A stretch of DNA of 64,000 nt. It comes from Setoptus koraiensis. Its lineage: Eukaryota; Animalia; Arthropoda. Both the position numbers and the translations under genes were made by a program. Location of the stretch: the NCBI GenBank assembly GCA_048013815.1, contig CM106585.1, positions 23,498,001-23,562,000 of the forward strand. The letters run 5' to 3'. The notes below the pieces were generated by a model. That model did no database searches. It was not told the DNA's origin and saw only the letters and a list, made by a program, of their open reading frames with translations. How positions within the stretch are numbered: position 1 is the first letter of the stretch; the number at the start of each line of letters is the position of its first letter. Of the stretch, positions 33,392 through 47,223 are shown one piece after another.

Positions 33392-34384
33392 TTTTATCTA
33401 TCGCTTGGTTAATGATTATCAATAAAAAAAACGAATGAACTAGTGCGTTCCTTCTCGCAATATATCCTATAAATGATGTTGAAAGAAAGTCTCTTCAGAT
33501 AAATTTAGGTCTAATATCAATAAACATCTGATAGATCAGTGATGAAAGGAGTTACAATTGTAGATTGTATCATGAAACATGTAGTGATATTGTGAGTTCC
33601 ATACTGTGCCAAACTTATAAATCTGTAGATGATAGGATATGGATATCGGTTGTCAATGTGGTTATCAAGATCTGCCTATCAATTACTATCGTTTCTAATT
33701 TTGATATTATTGTTGCCTATGCTTCAAAACACCACAGATGTAGCCGAAACTGTTTGTTTATTAAAGGGATTTGATGCTCGCTGAAATGAGATAAACTAAC
33801 TCTGTAAGGATAGTGATAGTAGTATATTTGCATAAATCATAAAGATTAGTACATTTGTTATTGGGGGATCTAATATAATTTTGAAGGGAATGAGTCATCT
33901 GTCCCTGCAAGCTCATGTGCCTGCGCGACGCATTTCAAATTGTTTTCTGGAAAACTGTGCACTAATCTTCTAACAAAGATGAACAACACATGTTTCTAGA
34001 TAGACTCTGGTATCTAATTTTTCCAGCTTAACGATGCCGACCATTTAATGACACACAGTCAGAACGGGTCCCCCACTTGTAACTCCCGAAAACCAACCGA
34101 TATAGGAACGCTATTCATGCTTGTTGCTTTAAAATTAAATATTATTATAACTCTCGATTCGTGGTCACAACAAGAAATTCTAGGAACATTGATGATAAAT
34201 ACTAGCGTTCGTTTAAATTTATTTTTTTTTTAATCACTGGCACTACAGCTATTCTAGTTACATATTTATACAAGCTGTGAAGCCCCGAAATTCACTATAG
34301 TCTTATCTTCTGAGTTATTTGCGAGTCTTTTGCTTTTCCCTTTATGTTTCATAAGATTGTAAATAAATATATATCACTATGTCA

Positions 34385-36578
34385 CTACAGCCCGGGTCTG
34401 TATATCATCATGAGCATAGCTTCGAGAGGATCTATCTGCATCCTCTTTTGATTCCAAGAAGCAACCGACTCAACATCTTCAATATCGCGATTTGTTGCGC
34501 ATCCTAATGGACTCCATATTTTAACTATTGGATCGATCCCGCTGGTGGCCAACATGCAAATATCGGGATGGGGCTGAAGGCAATTCACGATTGAGTCATC
34601 ACCACGCAATGCTTTTATGATGTTTGTAGTCTTCTTATCCCAAATGAAGAAGGAGCCCTCGTCGCTACCGGCGACAACGAACTGACCGTTTCCTCCGAAG
34701 AAGTTTGCCTCTTTGATGTCAGTGGTAGTATTACAATGACCACAAAATCTAGCATCAAAATCAGAGGCGGATAGTCTCTTTTTTAAGTCCTCTTTCTCAC
34801 AGACTTCTTGAGTCAAAGGATACGATTTGTGACAGACTTCATTCATTGATTCATCGGACGCATTTTCGTTGTAATCATCTAAGCTACAAAAACCAGACGA
34901 CGAATTTCGTCCAGCAGAGCTTGTATCGGAATCAGAATCATTGTTAGATTGTCCACTAAGAAATGCGAATCCGTCTAAATTCTTAAGACTACCTGGTCGT
35001 CGCTCCCTCATCATCGTCAACGAACGTTTGGATTCAGCACGCTTTTTTGCCTCCTCTATCTTTTTGCGCAAGCTTTGGAATGTAGATTTGTTCCCAGAAA
35101 ATTTGCTTATAGCATATTCTAAACATTCCGAAGCTTCGTCTAATCTTTCCAATGAGACAAGACTGTCGATTAAATATGAGTGCGATTTAAAACAGTCGGA
35201 TTTCAAGAAAATGGCAGCCGCGGCGTCTCTCATGGCAAGATATTTATCTCCTTCCCACTTCCGTTCTAGTAAAGCTTTAGCTCTAATCCTGTATATATCG
35301 CTGTCAGTGCTGACAGATGCTAATAGTTTGTTACATATATCAATAGTGGAGCAGTAACGCTTTTCCTTTAGGGCCAATATAGCGTTTTCTCTCAATGTTT
35401 CTTGGTAATCCGTAAGCTGTCTGGCACAATCCACCTTCAATGTGGACTGTTTGGAGTTGGAAGTTACTTCACGAGTTTCTAAACATTCTTTGAATTTAAA
35501 GAATTTAAATTTCTTTCTCGATTGGAATAAGTTGAATAGATATATTTGTTCGGAACCGATATTGGAAAGAAGTTCCGTGCCGTCCGGACTGAACGTTACA
35601 TAGGTGGTGGAAAACAATCCTTGCTTGTTACTAATTGTTTGCAAATGACCGGGAGCCAGGTAAGCCAAACAATTTTTGGGAGATGTCTGATGATCGAGGA
35701 AACAGTTCTGTCCTGAACCGTTCATCCTTGTATTTTCGGAGGAATCACAGTCGCTATCATAGGAGTTATTACTTGAACTTGAGTAACAGATCACAGGAGA
35801 TGGAGATAATCTACTTGCGCTAACTATATAGCGCCTATCATACAATCTGATGTATGGGTCATTAGCCCCAACAGCCAGAAGTTCTTGTCGGATAGGATTG
35901 ACGTTAATACATTTTGCTTCAACTCTAGCTTTGTGATTAGAGAGATTTATGAAGACATTTCTCGTGTCTTTGCAACGGTGAGGTTGCCTCATGTCAAACT
36001 GCAACACTAAACCATCCTCCGCAGCAGACCAAAAGGTGCTCGGACTATCACTAGCTGTGGCTAAACGTTTAACCCGATTGGCGTGACAATTACAGTCGAG
36101 TAGAATTTCATCAACAGATATATCGAACAATTTTACGGAATTGTCTCCCGCGCAGGTCGCTATCAGAGAGTCACTCGATCTTGGTAAAAACTTCACAGAG
36201 AAGATATTCCCTTCGTGTCCAGTATTTAAGGTTCGTAGTTTTTTACGGATGAATGGATTCCATAGTATGACATCATGGTCATCTGAGCCACTAGCCAAAA
36301 TTGTTCCTTTTTCGTTCCATTCCAGACAATTTACACAGCCCCTATGACCCTAATTGTTTGGAGTAACAAAAAATATGTTATTAATTAAGGGTTTTTATGG
36401 GTGAGGTTATTGATATTATTATTAGACAACTTACATTCAATTCCGACTCTAACGATAATTTATTCATGAGATCTGATGTGGTTTGCATGTTACGTTTGTT
36501 TTGCCTATTGAAACGGTCATCCTTTCTACGATTCGCCAGCCATTGAACGCTGTTCGTACAGTTACCCACAAAATTCAT
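34385..36578 (-). CDS. WDTC1: WD and tetratricopeptide repeats protein 1 (adipose / DCAF9)
   Basis: Exon 36578-36435, phase-0 intron 36434-36350, exon 36349-34385. The product reads LSLESELN/GHRGCVNCLEWNEKGTILASGSDD...TGHEGNIFSVKFLP...CHANRVKRLA, then a TPR segment RKWEGDKYLAMRDA and the C-terminal RFCGHCNTTTDIKEANFFG...GDDSIVNCLQPHP...ATSGIDP. Confidence 0.94.
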
Positions 36579-39500
36579 TTTTCTTTGACTCGGCTGTATT
36601 ATCTTTTTGATAGTTATCAATTGTTTCGCGACAATCGCTAGGTTGATTATCTAGTGTCTTTTCTATAAGTTAGTTCTTGATGAATATGATTATAATCATA
36701 CTCGATAGTGATAATTTGGTATGTGGAGGCTTAGAGTCACATAAAGTTAGCGTTGTGTAGTATGTTGCTAGTCGATGGAGAAATTTGCTCAAGGTTGTAT
36801 AAATCGTGTGTTAATATGTTGAGCAAGCACACAAAATTCAATTAAATGTCTGTTATGTTTGATTATCGTCTGTTATTGTTGGTCAAGGGCGAGCTTTTGG
36901 TTCGTCTGAATTTGTTGATCCTGTTCTCAGTAATTATTGCGGAGATAGTTAGTGCGATTACCGATCAAGTTTCCAATAGTTTCATGTCATCAGATATTCA
37001 TTGTAGAGTTGACCATACAATCTTGAATCATAAACTGTGTTTCACTATCTAATAAGATGTAGATACTGTGTGACCCCTAGGATGCTACAAGGTGAGTAGG
37101 CCTTGATGAAGATCTAACTGTGATATTTTCTGTGTGACTTTAATCTTATATGAGATTGTACTGAGCGAAGATCATTCCACCTGTTATAATGAATGATTCT
37201 CAAGTTGATAGAATGATAATCTCTTCTAGGATAGTCTTCCTGTCGATGCCCTTTACCAGATTGCGAGCACTGCAAAATATAAGCGTGCAATGACACGTCT
37301 TCATGAGTTTCAACGACTTTTATTATTCTTCAACAATGTAATTGATGGGTTGACTCCATGAGAGTATTGACCGGTGGTGCAAGTAGTGTATCGTTGCAAC
37401 GAACTTATAAGATCTACATTGATCTCAAAGTGGTTTCATAGGGACGGTAAAAAATACAACACACTTATAAGGACTTGTAACTGGAAAACTTGTCTTGAAC
37501 TTGAGCTAGATTAGCCACCGAGGTGAAGATGTTGTTGTCAATATTTCGAAGAGTTGCATATGTATATTTGCAGTCTGTTTGTATGACTTGGATGTATCCG
37601 CAATATGCAATAGCAAAGGTGGCCCGAGAATGTGAGCAAGAGTTTTGTTGACGGAAGTTCACTTTTGTTGATATCAACTAGGATATGTGAGTCTTTGCAA
37701 CTCGATATAATGTGATTTTATCGTGATTTTTGAAATCGTAATTGGCCTACTGTATTACGTCAAAATTATTAATGGTAGTTTCTAAACAGAGGTAGCTCTT
37801 AAATGTCGAACTAGACAAGACGAAATTTCAGTCTATATCTAGGTAGTTATGTTTAGATCAGAGATGAAAACTTTGTGAATTTCTCTTGAAATCTATACCT
37901 CGTGCTAGATATTGTTTGATCTGTCACTATTTTCTGAGAGCATTGTTTATAGTTGCAGCGAACTAAAATATTGTGACTCGAATAAAATGAGAAACCGAGG
38001 AGAAGGCGGGTTTTTAGAGGGAAATATTTGTTTCCTCGTTGGGGTAGATGAGCTCGTTAGATGATAGCGAAATGATTAAATATTTTGATCTTGCGCGTCG
38101 GTTAATTCTTTATATACGAAGATTGGTTTTGCCTCTATGTGGTGAGTAAACTGAGCCGGTTTTTCTGTCTATTGGAATCAACTTGACTGACTGGTTATTT
38201 CTCTTTTAAACTAATAGTTTTGCAATCATCAAGATACATTGACATCAGACAAGTGTGTGAAAGAGCATCCTCGTGAAGTCTAAAAACGCACGTGTATGTG
38301 GTTGTGTGCTGAAAGAGTTTTTCTTTTTTCTGTTGTTTTTTACTAATATTTCATCAGTCTAAAGCATCCAACATTTTCATATACAATATTTGGTAGTCGT
38401 TATTACTAGCGCATGCGTGAGGAAATAATGTGAATGATTATTAGCAAGATTCAACTTTGCGTATGTAAGTCGTCACGGGGCGCTTGCTATGCTCATTCAA
38501 CTGATGCTGACATTAATAATCATTGTGGTGATAATAGCACCTTGTTTGTGAGCTATGTGAACGCTTTCTAATGTCCAAAAGAAAGATACGAGAAAAAATC
38601 TTGGCGATGGCGACACTACTATGTTTTGTTTATAGGTATTTTGGACTACTGGTGTGTGTATGGCTAACACGGTATATCTGGTTGGTTTTTCTCTATTGCT
38701 GCTTGTGCCGAGGACGATAAAGTGTCGGCATCACATGTGGTTGTTATGTTACTGGTATTCTCCGTCCAGTCAACACAGTAACAGTTGTCGCCTTAGTTTT
38801 ACCCTTCAATTACGTCCCTGACATAAAAACACAAGATAGACTCGGCTTCACTTTTAGTGTCTGATTTTACTTATGTATTGTCCTGGCCTTCAGATAGTTT
38901 CAGACAGTATCGGTATGGGGTGATCGGCGTGCACTGTTGTTGTTCTATGTGTTGAATTTAAATGCACTGATAATGCAACGTGTTAGCAAAGAATACAATT
39001 TATTTTTGATGAGCGTGTTTGTCCAACATGTATTATCATGTAAAAATAAAAATTGCATGTGCTTGCATGTTGTTGTCAATTATTTGAAGTTGTGTGCATT
39101 AAGCCAAACGATCAAAACAAACTCAAACGCGATGTGATGCGATCACAGTTTTTCTAATAACTATATTCGTTCGTCAGAGCATGAAACGAATTTAAACACC
39201 GACACTGCTACACTATATAGACTTTTCCTTATGAAACGGGCTACTTGCTTTATTATTGTCTTGATGTTCCTCTTTTTTGATGCTAGAGCCTTGAGGTGTC
39301 TTGATAGAATTGGCTTTGATAGAGATGTTGCTAGTGAATTGTTGTTGTTGCGTTAGTGTGATAACGATGATAATATTTGTCTAAATTGCCAATAATTATT
39401 ATTGTTTTAATAGTAATAATAGTAATAATTTATAACAGTAGTTGGATAATCGCGTTTGAGTGTGTATCTGTGATTTATTCACTACAGACAGAGGGTTGAT

Positions 39501-42500
39501 TTCAAGTTCGCTCAACTTGAGCAACGCCGACAATGCATATAGAATAGAATGAACGCTTCCAGTCAGCTTTGCAACCAATGTCGAATATTCCAACTTTTAC
39601 CCTACTGTCTGACTACACTGATATACTGACTGGTAGCACACGACATACTAGTGCTACTAGTTTACTACTAGTCTGCAGTAGACACACAGAGAACAAATGG
39701 AATGAAAGTGGGGGAAGTTGTTGAATCTCTCTCTCTCTCTCTCTCGCTCTTTATTCACAGACACACACACAGGATCAGTTTTTGTTCTTGTCCCTCTTCA
39801 ACACATTGTTCTACATTGCACACTGTGTATATCCTATATAGTACTAATAAATTCTATAAAAGTTGGCTGCAGCAGTATTTATCGAACATATCAAATTTAT
39901 CGAATATACGTAGCCAGCGAGATGAACATCGAACATGACGCCAGTAGCATGCAGCTCAACAACAACGTGCCTCCTCTACTCTTGTTCGCTCTCTCCCTAG
40001 ACGCACACTCACTCACACACTGTTCCACAGAAGCTTTCGTGGAGACAAAGAACGAAGGCTTGCTCTCACTCGAGCTCGACCAGACACACACACACACACA
40101 CACACACACCGTTGCCCATGTGCTTCAACATCGCATTGCACACTATCGTAGCATGTACTTTGTATAGCATATAGTTAATACATAGTGTGCGCCAGAGAAT
40201 GGGCACAAAGACCAACTAAATGTGAGTGTGTGCTACATCTACACGCAAATGGCTTCGATGAACTCGAAACTTGAGGTAGACTTGCCAGCGCACCAGATAA
40301 AAGATGATCTCTATATGTATCATACAAAACCAACGCGTTTCAGCTTATGCCAACTATATGACAGCGATGTTTTCGTGTAAGCGCATCCTTATACTGCCGT
40401 CATATTTACTCTATGCTTATTTTTTTTATCTATCTTAACCATCGAACTTTGCGTTCACGGGATGAATGGTTGCTGATTCATTCCATCTTCCGCTAACCTG
40501 CATATGCGCCAGGTAATGCATCTACACTGCCTATGGTTGCTATTATGTGTGCATATGGCAGCAATTTTATATAGGAGGAAGGTGTAACCATTCCACAACT
40601 ATTTATAGTACACTTCTGGACGACAATAATAAAAATCTTTGTGCGATCCTTTTTCCTTCTCCAACTAACTAATCTTAGAATCTAAAATAAAATTCGAGCG
40701 CCAAAATCAAGACTCTTTTGCCTGCCTGAAAAAAACAAATATTGTTCTTTTAACTACGATCTGACAACATTTATCTTATAAATAATAATAATAATCTCTA
40801 CTCATTATTAGCACATGTGATATGGCACATCACATAACATGATAACATTGAATCGCATTAGCGTGACGCTAGAGAGACAATCAAACAAACAAATAACATT
40901 TAAGGCGACAGTGTTTACCTTTATCTAGCATATGCAGAGGATAAAATAGACCAGACTAAATATCTGCCTCTCAGACATTCCAGCGACACTAACACTAAGG
41001 TCGCACCGATGTCGTTGGAATGCTAGATATTGAGATGGTTCGCGGTTAGATCAACTAGGACTCTCGACTAAGCTGCTAATTATAGACAGAGGATCTCTCT
41101 CTCTCTCTCTCTCTCTCCCCTTGCGTGCCTTTCTATGTTGACTGAGACTCTATATGTGAGAGGCAAATCAATGTCAATGTCAGGGTTGAATTTAATCAAG
41201 TTACGGCAATTTCGACATGAACGAGCTCATATAAACTTTGAGAATGCAAAAAATCACTTATGTTATGTGTTAATGATGTTTAACCTTTAAGGTCTCATCC
41301 CACAAGCCGTTCACATGTACATCACCATGTGCTGATCACATAATCAAAACCTTTACACGTTAAATGATAGTCATCTGAGAGTGTAGCTTACTTTGAAATT
41401 CCCTTTCCTTCCTCTTGATGGGTTCGAGCTTCCATGTGTCCCAGATTCCATATTGAAACATCTCTACATCCTATCCGACTGCCTAGCCATCTAAAAATAC
41501 CCCTTGTGTGTTCATGAGAAAGTGAGATCTTGTTTATAATAAGGGCATACCGAATATACTATAAGTCGTTTGTATAACTTATATTGCTACCTGTTTTCTC
41601 TCCCTCAGCCATTTTCATTATTTTATAGTTTTTCAATAAACAATAAACTGACGGCTCATACTTTGACTTTAGTTGGATGATAAAAAGCAACTTGTTTCTT
41701 AAAGGCCTGTTGATTAGGCTCGTTCATGGCCAAATATTGTTGTAAAAAGTGATATTATAATTATCGCGCATCCCGAACGAATGCACACGCACAATAGTTT
41801 ACCAGGAATATAATACCCGGTAAGTTGGAAAGTATCCTTAAAATAGGATAACAAGAAGAGGAGAAAAGAGTTATCTATCAAAAGAGTTCAAAGAGTATTG
41901 GAAGGGACTAGAAGTAGCATTTTGTTATTACTGATATCGTTATCTGAATTTTAATATTCATCAGTCAAGTAGATTACAAAAGGGTAAACGGCGTGTTGTA
42001 GATTAATGTATAGTAGTTATTGATTAATATAGTGTGTCGATGGCATCTGTTCTCACCAACCCAAAGATAGAAGAAAAAAGAGAAAAAAAAAATGATAATA
42101 AATGCGTTATTTGAATGTGTAAAAGCAAGCCAAGACATTGCATAACTCTAACTTGTGGCGCAAAATAACATTAGCATTATTGGTCGAGCTTTGTCTCCCT
42201 TTATATTTAGTTTTATCCTGCGAATAAAATAATTCTATTACTACATGCAACCACTCTGGAACCAAGTTTCAGAATTATTCTATTCTGGCAAGCTAATAAG
42301 CTTTGCGAATCTACTAGAACAACAACAAGTACATACACACAACTTGTCATAGGTTAAACTAGACTTACCAATGATAACTTTCTCGGGAAACTTGTGTGTA
42401 TGTCCAAACGACTATGCCTGTTGGTGTATGTATATGTTCATGAGCTTCGAGTTTTAAGGAGAAGAAAATCAAGTGAGGTTCAATTACACAATCGACTATT

Positions 42501-45102
42501 ACTAAACTTTTCAATAGATTGCCGGGTCTAACCTTCTAGCAACTATTGACGATTGATACTGTACCACCACTACAAGCAATCATAAAAGCATGTATAGAAA
42601 TGGCTCGAAACGGAAGTATATATTATCCAGTAGATTGACTCCAACAACTCATATATCATTATCAGCTGTTAGCTAGTTTAGTTGATAATAATATATTGTT
42701 GTTGTTGTTGTCGTTGATGTTTGATTGTTCGGCAGCACTTAAAGATTCGTTCATGATTTGTAGGGTTCCTTTTGCTCATTACTCACTTACTACACTACTG
42801 ATACCTGTTGTTGTTGCTTTGCCTTTCTCCTATTTCTTGATTTTCTCATTTTACTCTCAATTATCCTTTTTGTTTCTACTCATGTGTTTGTTTGTGATAA
42901 CTTATGATACTGGATGGAATAAATTAGATCAGTTAGAGAGATAATAAGGTCGCTTGGGTTTAATTATCATTCAAACAGTATTTATGGGCACGTTCGACAG
43001 GATGGAGGGTGCATGGAATTTTCCTGTCATTCAAAGTCATTACTGACATTATGTTTCAAAGAAAAAGAAAAATGTTTCTAAAAAGTATCATTATTATTAT
43101 TACATGTACACATATATAGTCAACAAAGAATACAACTCTGGACATAGATGGCATTAAATAGGCAAAGAACATGTTTCTGTAATATGGAAAAAAACAAACA
43201 ATTTTTGTCAGCTTAGACATGGGTTGAGAAAGAGACATGAATAGTTGACAACAGCAGCATTTAAATCATATATTGTGTATTATTGTCTTGGAGTAATAGA
43301 CATTAGTGTATTACATAGTCTTCGCAATGAACCATGAGTCATACAGTAATCACACATGAGAGTAACTCTGACAGAGTTGGTTACTATGCGATGACAATAG
43401 ACCTTGTCTATTTATCCCTCTGCAATATACGCATGAAAACACCTGTTATTATATTGCTGTCTGTCTAACAATCCACCTATTTCCTTTGTCAGGTCAAATT
43501 ATCGTCTTTGGTTGCCTGAGGATAGACTTGTGCGAGTTAGAATTGGCCACGAAAATTGACGAGGACGACGAGAAAATAGCAATGATCAAGGCATCATCAT
43601 CTTTTAATTGTAGTTCGCCTCGTTATCATTTTGTTATTATTTATCATTCATACATTTTTGTTTGTTGTGTGTAAACAACAACGTGATTCTTTCGTGAACA
43701 TTCCTAATGATCAACGAAGTCACACTGTTTTCCATTTTATCTCGTCTAACTGGTTTGTTATAAGGTTGCCATGTTAGAATCTAAGCTAATCGAGCTTTTC
43801 TGCATATTTTCTCAATTTTATCCCCTCCATTTGCACGTTGAATGGGTACTTGATAGATTTGAATTCTTGACGTCGTTGTTGTTGCTGGCGCTGCTGTTAG
43901 TACAAAGCGCGATAGTGAGCGATTCTAGTAGCGGCGAATCAGTAAAGTTTCACCTAGATGTAGTCGAGCACATGTTGTATTATCATCGCTCTTTGGAAAC
44001 TGTTATACAATCCCGACTTGGTATTGTAATCAATACTAGAATCGCTCTGATGTGCATGCGATTAAGAGAACGCTAGAAATAAACTTTCTATTTAACGTAG
44101 TTGCGACAGGTTCTCACTTGTTTGCCATTTGCAACTGTCGCCCATCGGCATCATTTCTAATCGACATCTCCATCATTAGTTTAGTTTGAACCGATCACAC
44201 CATTAAAGTCGTGGGATACTTATTGCTACTTGATTCTTTCTCATGCCAAATACGAGGCATTGGAAAGTCGGGAAAGCAAGTCTAATTGTCACCTTTCCAA
44301 ATGTCTAAATGTTGACAGATCAATCAAGGAAATCTTTGCCGATTACGTTGCCTACTGGCGGTTGGAATTCAAACTTGATATTCTGTTTAGGTTGTTTCGT
44401 GTTCTATAGAGATAACTACTAGAGTAGCGGAAATGATCGCCGTGTTTCAAGAATTATGGGCCTGAATCGCGAGCCTAGGATGGTGAAGGTTTATTGATTG
44501 CGGACAGATGAAGCTTGCAGTGTCTCACACCGAGTAGATGGCCTGCAGAGTGCCCCTCAACTCAGTGTCACATAAAGGGAGCTTGTCTAGGAGTGAAATG
44601 CGAGGATACAGTAGAGAGTTGCAAAGTGCGGCGAGCTACTGGGCAAGGGCTGTGAGCTAGAGGGACTATACAAATAAAGTATAGGATTGAGATGGAATTA
44701 CATTTCACCGCAAAATTAGCACCCTGGATATCGATATTATATGATTTCCACTGATTGAAACCACCTAATTGCTGTCTGGAATCTTTGATGCCAATTCTAC
44801 AATGAAATAAAATTCCATTATAACAGTCTACTTGATTCGCACTTAATTTGTCAATATTTTGTGAGCTATCTGCGCCGAGGAGTAATCAGGGAGCGGGAAT
44901 AGGGAGACTTCTCAGATCACTAAAAAAAAGGGAGAGATGAATTGAAAAATCCGCTGAAATCAAATTATAGAGCATGCGCAGAATGAAATTTCTGCATTCA
45001 ATTTTATCGATTTTGCAGATATCTTTTCTGTAGCATGAATTATACATAAATATCAATAATATTATTATTATATTATTATTATTCTTATTATTATTATACA
45101 TC

Positions 45103-45648
45103 ATGGAAGTTCAGGAGCCAACGGAGGGGCATGAGACTAAACATACGCCAAATTCGAGATTCAAATGGACGCAAGAGAAGTCTCAGGTAGCCTTCAATTT
45201 AGTCAAACATGGCCACAAGCCTAAATTAATTTCTGTGGCTGTTGGATGCAGTCTGAGGACGGCTCAAAAATTTGTTGAACAAGTGACTCCTAAATCCCAG
45301 GGGGAAACCTATAGAGAGTTCCAAATCAAACGAAGGGGAAGACCTAGCAAGGATATAAACAACAGATTGGAAGCTATCAAACAAGTGCTTAGTACTGACA
45401 AAAAGAAAACTCAGATTGAGATTGCCGCTGACCTTAAGGTTTCGAACACAACAGTGTGTCGCGATTTAAAGAGGATAGGTACCCTCTGGAGGGAGCGATC
45501 CAAATCAGCTAAAAAAACTAGATCCAGAAAATCTACTAAAACAAAAAAGGTCAACACTAGAAGCACTAAGCGAGTCAAAAAGCAACCTGCATCATTTGAG
45601 GCACCTATTGATCTTGATGTTGATGTTATCAGTGTTGAGATATCCTAA
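45103..45648 (+). CDS. Tc1/IS630-type bipartite helix-turn-helix protein without DDE domain (transposase-derived, possibly domesticated)
   Basis: Intact ATG-to-stop ORF of 181 aa. It has HTH1 (KPKLISVAVGCSLRTAQKFV), the linker RRGRPSK, HTH2 (TQIEIAADLKVSNTTVCRDLKRIG) and then a Lys-rich tail. No catalytic domain or TIR is visible. Confidence 0.7.
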   Translation: MEVQEPTEGHETKHTPNSRFKWTQEKSQVAFNLVKHGHKPKLISVAVGCSLRTAQKFVEQVTPKSQGETYREFQIKRRGRPSKDINNRLEAIKQVLSTDKKKTQIEIAADLKVSNTTVCRDLKRIGTLWRERSKSAKKTRSRKSTKTKKVNTRSTKRVKKQPASFEAPIDLDVDVISVEIS

Positions 45649-45666
45649 TTTTTTTATATATAGATC

Positions 45667-47223
45667 TCATCGACAAGAAATTATCTTTAAAGTTCGACCG
45701 ACCGTAGTCACAAAAGCCGCATTGTGTCCAAATCTAACTCCTGTCAATAAATCTTTACCTCCATCGAGTATTTTGATAGCTGACCATCTTGGGTGGGGTC
45801 CTTGTTTCTTACACAAATACAATCTTAAGTCGGTACCACACAACGCTAAATAAGAACCGGTATAGTCGAAGGATAGATCCTTCAACTTATAAGAGCTATC
45901 TAAAAGTATTGTCTTCGCATTCTTTTGCAAATCTCTGAGATCCCAGATGTTCACACAATAATCCTCGCACGTAGCGAGATAATATCCATTCTCTGAAAAT
46001 GCCATCGCAATAACAGCACTGTTGTGTCCTTTCAATTCGGCTTCTTCGTGTCGGTCGACTTTTTGTTTGACATCCCAAATGAGAACACGGCCATCTAATG
46101 TTCCTGTCGCAAATAAAAGGCCATCAGGATGGAATTGAGCTGTAGTTATTTGTATCATGGAGTCCATTACACACTCTCTTATGAGATCACCGGTGGAGAT
46201 ATCTGTTATTGCCCAAGAATCATGTGATGAGCTGAGCAAATAATCACCACTTGGGTGAAGACTTATATCAGTGATAGGTTTACTATGAAATCTTAGCGTA
46301 TGTTTAAGGGGCTGCTCATCGGAGGGTTTCCAGATCCTGATAGTGGCATCCTCAGAAGCTGATATGATTCTAGATTTATCTGGATGAAGTAACACTTTAA
46401 CTACGGGCCTAGTGTGTCCACTGAGAGTGGCAATTATCTCTTCTTTGTCCTTATCAAATAGAACAACATTCTTATCTTTACCGCCAGTAACAATTAATGG
46501 TGCTTGACAGTCGATGCATAAGATACCAGGATATGTTGTTGAATGTAGGCCTGTATGTGAGGCTGTTGTCTGAAACGTGGCTAGAGTGTCAGCACTTGTG
46601 AATCCTTCTGGTTCAGTTCTCATTCTAATTTTACGCTCGGCCGTTAGCTGACTCGCTAAGACTTCAGCTTTTGGCACAAATTCGTCGTCATACTTGGATT
46701 TGTCGACCATTTCTACATCACGGTTATCAACTGGTTCTAGTGGTTGTTGTTTCGAATGCGCCGACAATCCTTCGGCCTGCTTTTGCGACGCTTCGCCATT
46801 TGCATTTAATCTTGTAAAATTTGCAATGATGTCATCTTTTTCCTTATTCTCTTTCAACAAGCGACTTATTACTCTAAATGAAGCATCCTCCTGATATAGT
46901 GCATCGTTGAGCTTCTGTCGCGTCTCCAATAATTCCTGGCGCGTATTAAATAGATCGAGTTTGGTGGCATCCCATTCGTCTTTCAATGATTTGAGGATAT
47001 CAGGTACAGAGTTTATGGAGGGCGGCCGCGGAATTACCAATGACGGCGGGTCCTTGATTTCTATTAGCATATCGGGTGTTAATGTCTCTTGGGTTATGGG
47101 ATCCTTTCCATGTTGACTCAGATGTTTAATAAGTAGCCGTTTTTCAAAGATACGACCTGAGCTGGGTGATATGACCGGCTCTTCTGGTGTTTCATTACTG
47201 ATGGAACAATACATACGCTTCAT
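45667..47223 (-). CDS. PRPF19: Pre-mRNA-processing factor 19 (U-box, coiled coil, WD40), intronless
   Basis: MYCSISNETPEEPVISPSSGRIFEKRLLIKHL...DPIT (U-box), SVPDILKSLKDEWDA...TRQKLNDALYQEDASFRVISRL, then WD40 repeats (TGGKDKNV, FHPDGLLFATG, FSENGYYLAT). Confidence 0.96.
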   Translation of the reverse strand: MKRMYCSISNETPEEPVISPSSGRIFEKRLLIKHLSQHGKDPITQETLTPDMLIEIKDPPSLVIPRPPSINSVPDILKSLKDEWDATKLDLFNTRQELLETRQKLNDALYQEDASFRVISRLLKENKEKDDIIANFTRLNANGEASQKQAEGLSAHSKQQPLEPVDNRDVEMVDKSKYDDEFVPKAEVLASQLTAERKIRMRTEPEGFTSADTLATFQTTASHTGLHSTTYPGILCIDCQAPLIVTGGKDKNVVLFDKDKEEIIATLSGHTRPVVKVLLHPDKSRIISASEDATIRIWKPSDEQPLKHTLRFHSKPITDISLHPSGDYLLSSSHDSWAITDISTGDLIRECVMDSMIQITTAQFHPDGLLFATGTLDGRVLIWDVKQKVDRHEEAELKGHNSAVIAMAFSENGYYLATCEDYCVNIWDLRDLQKNAKTILLDSSYKLKDLSFDYTGSYLALCGTDLRLYLCKKQGPHPRWSAIKILDGGKDLLTGVRFGHNAAFVTTVGRTLKIISCR

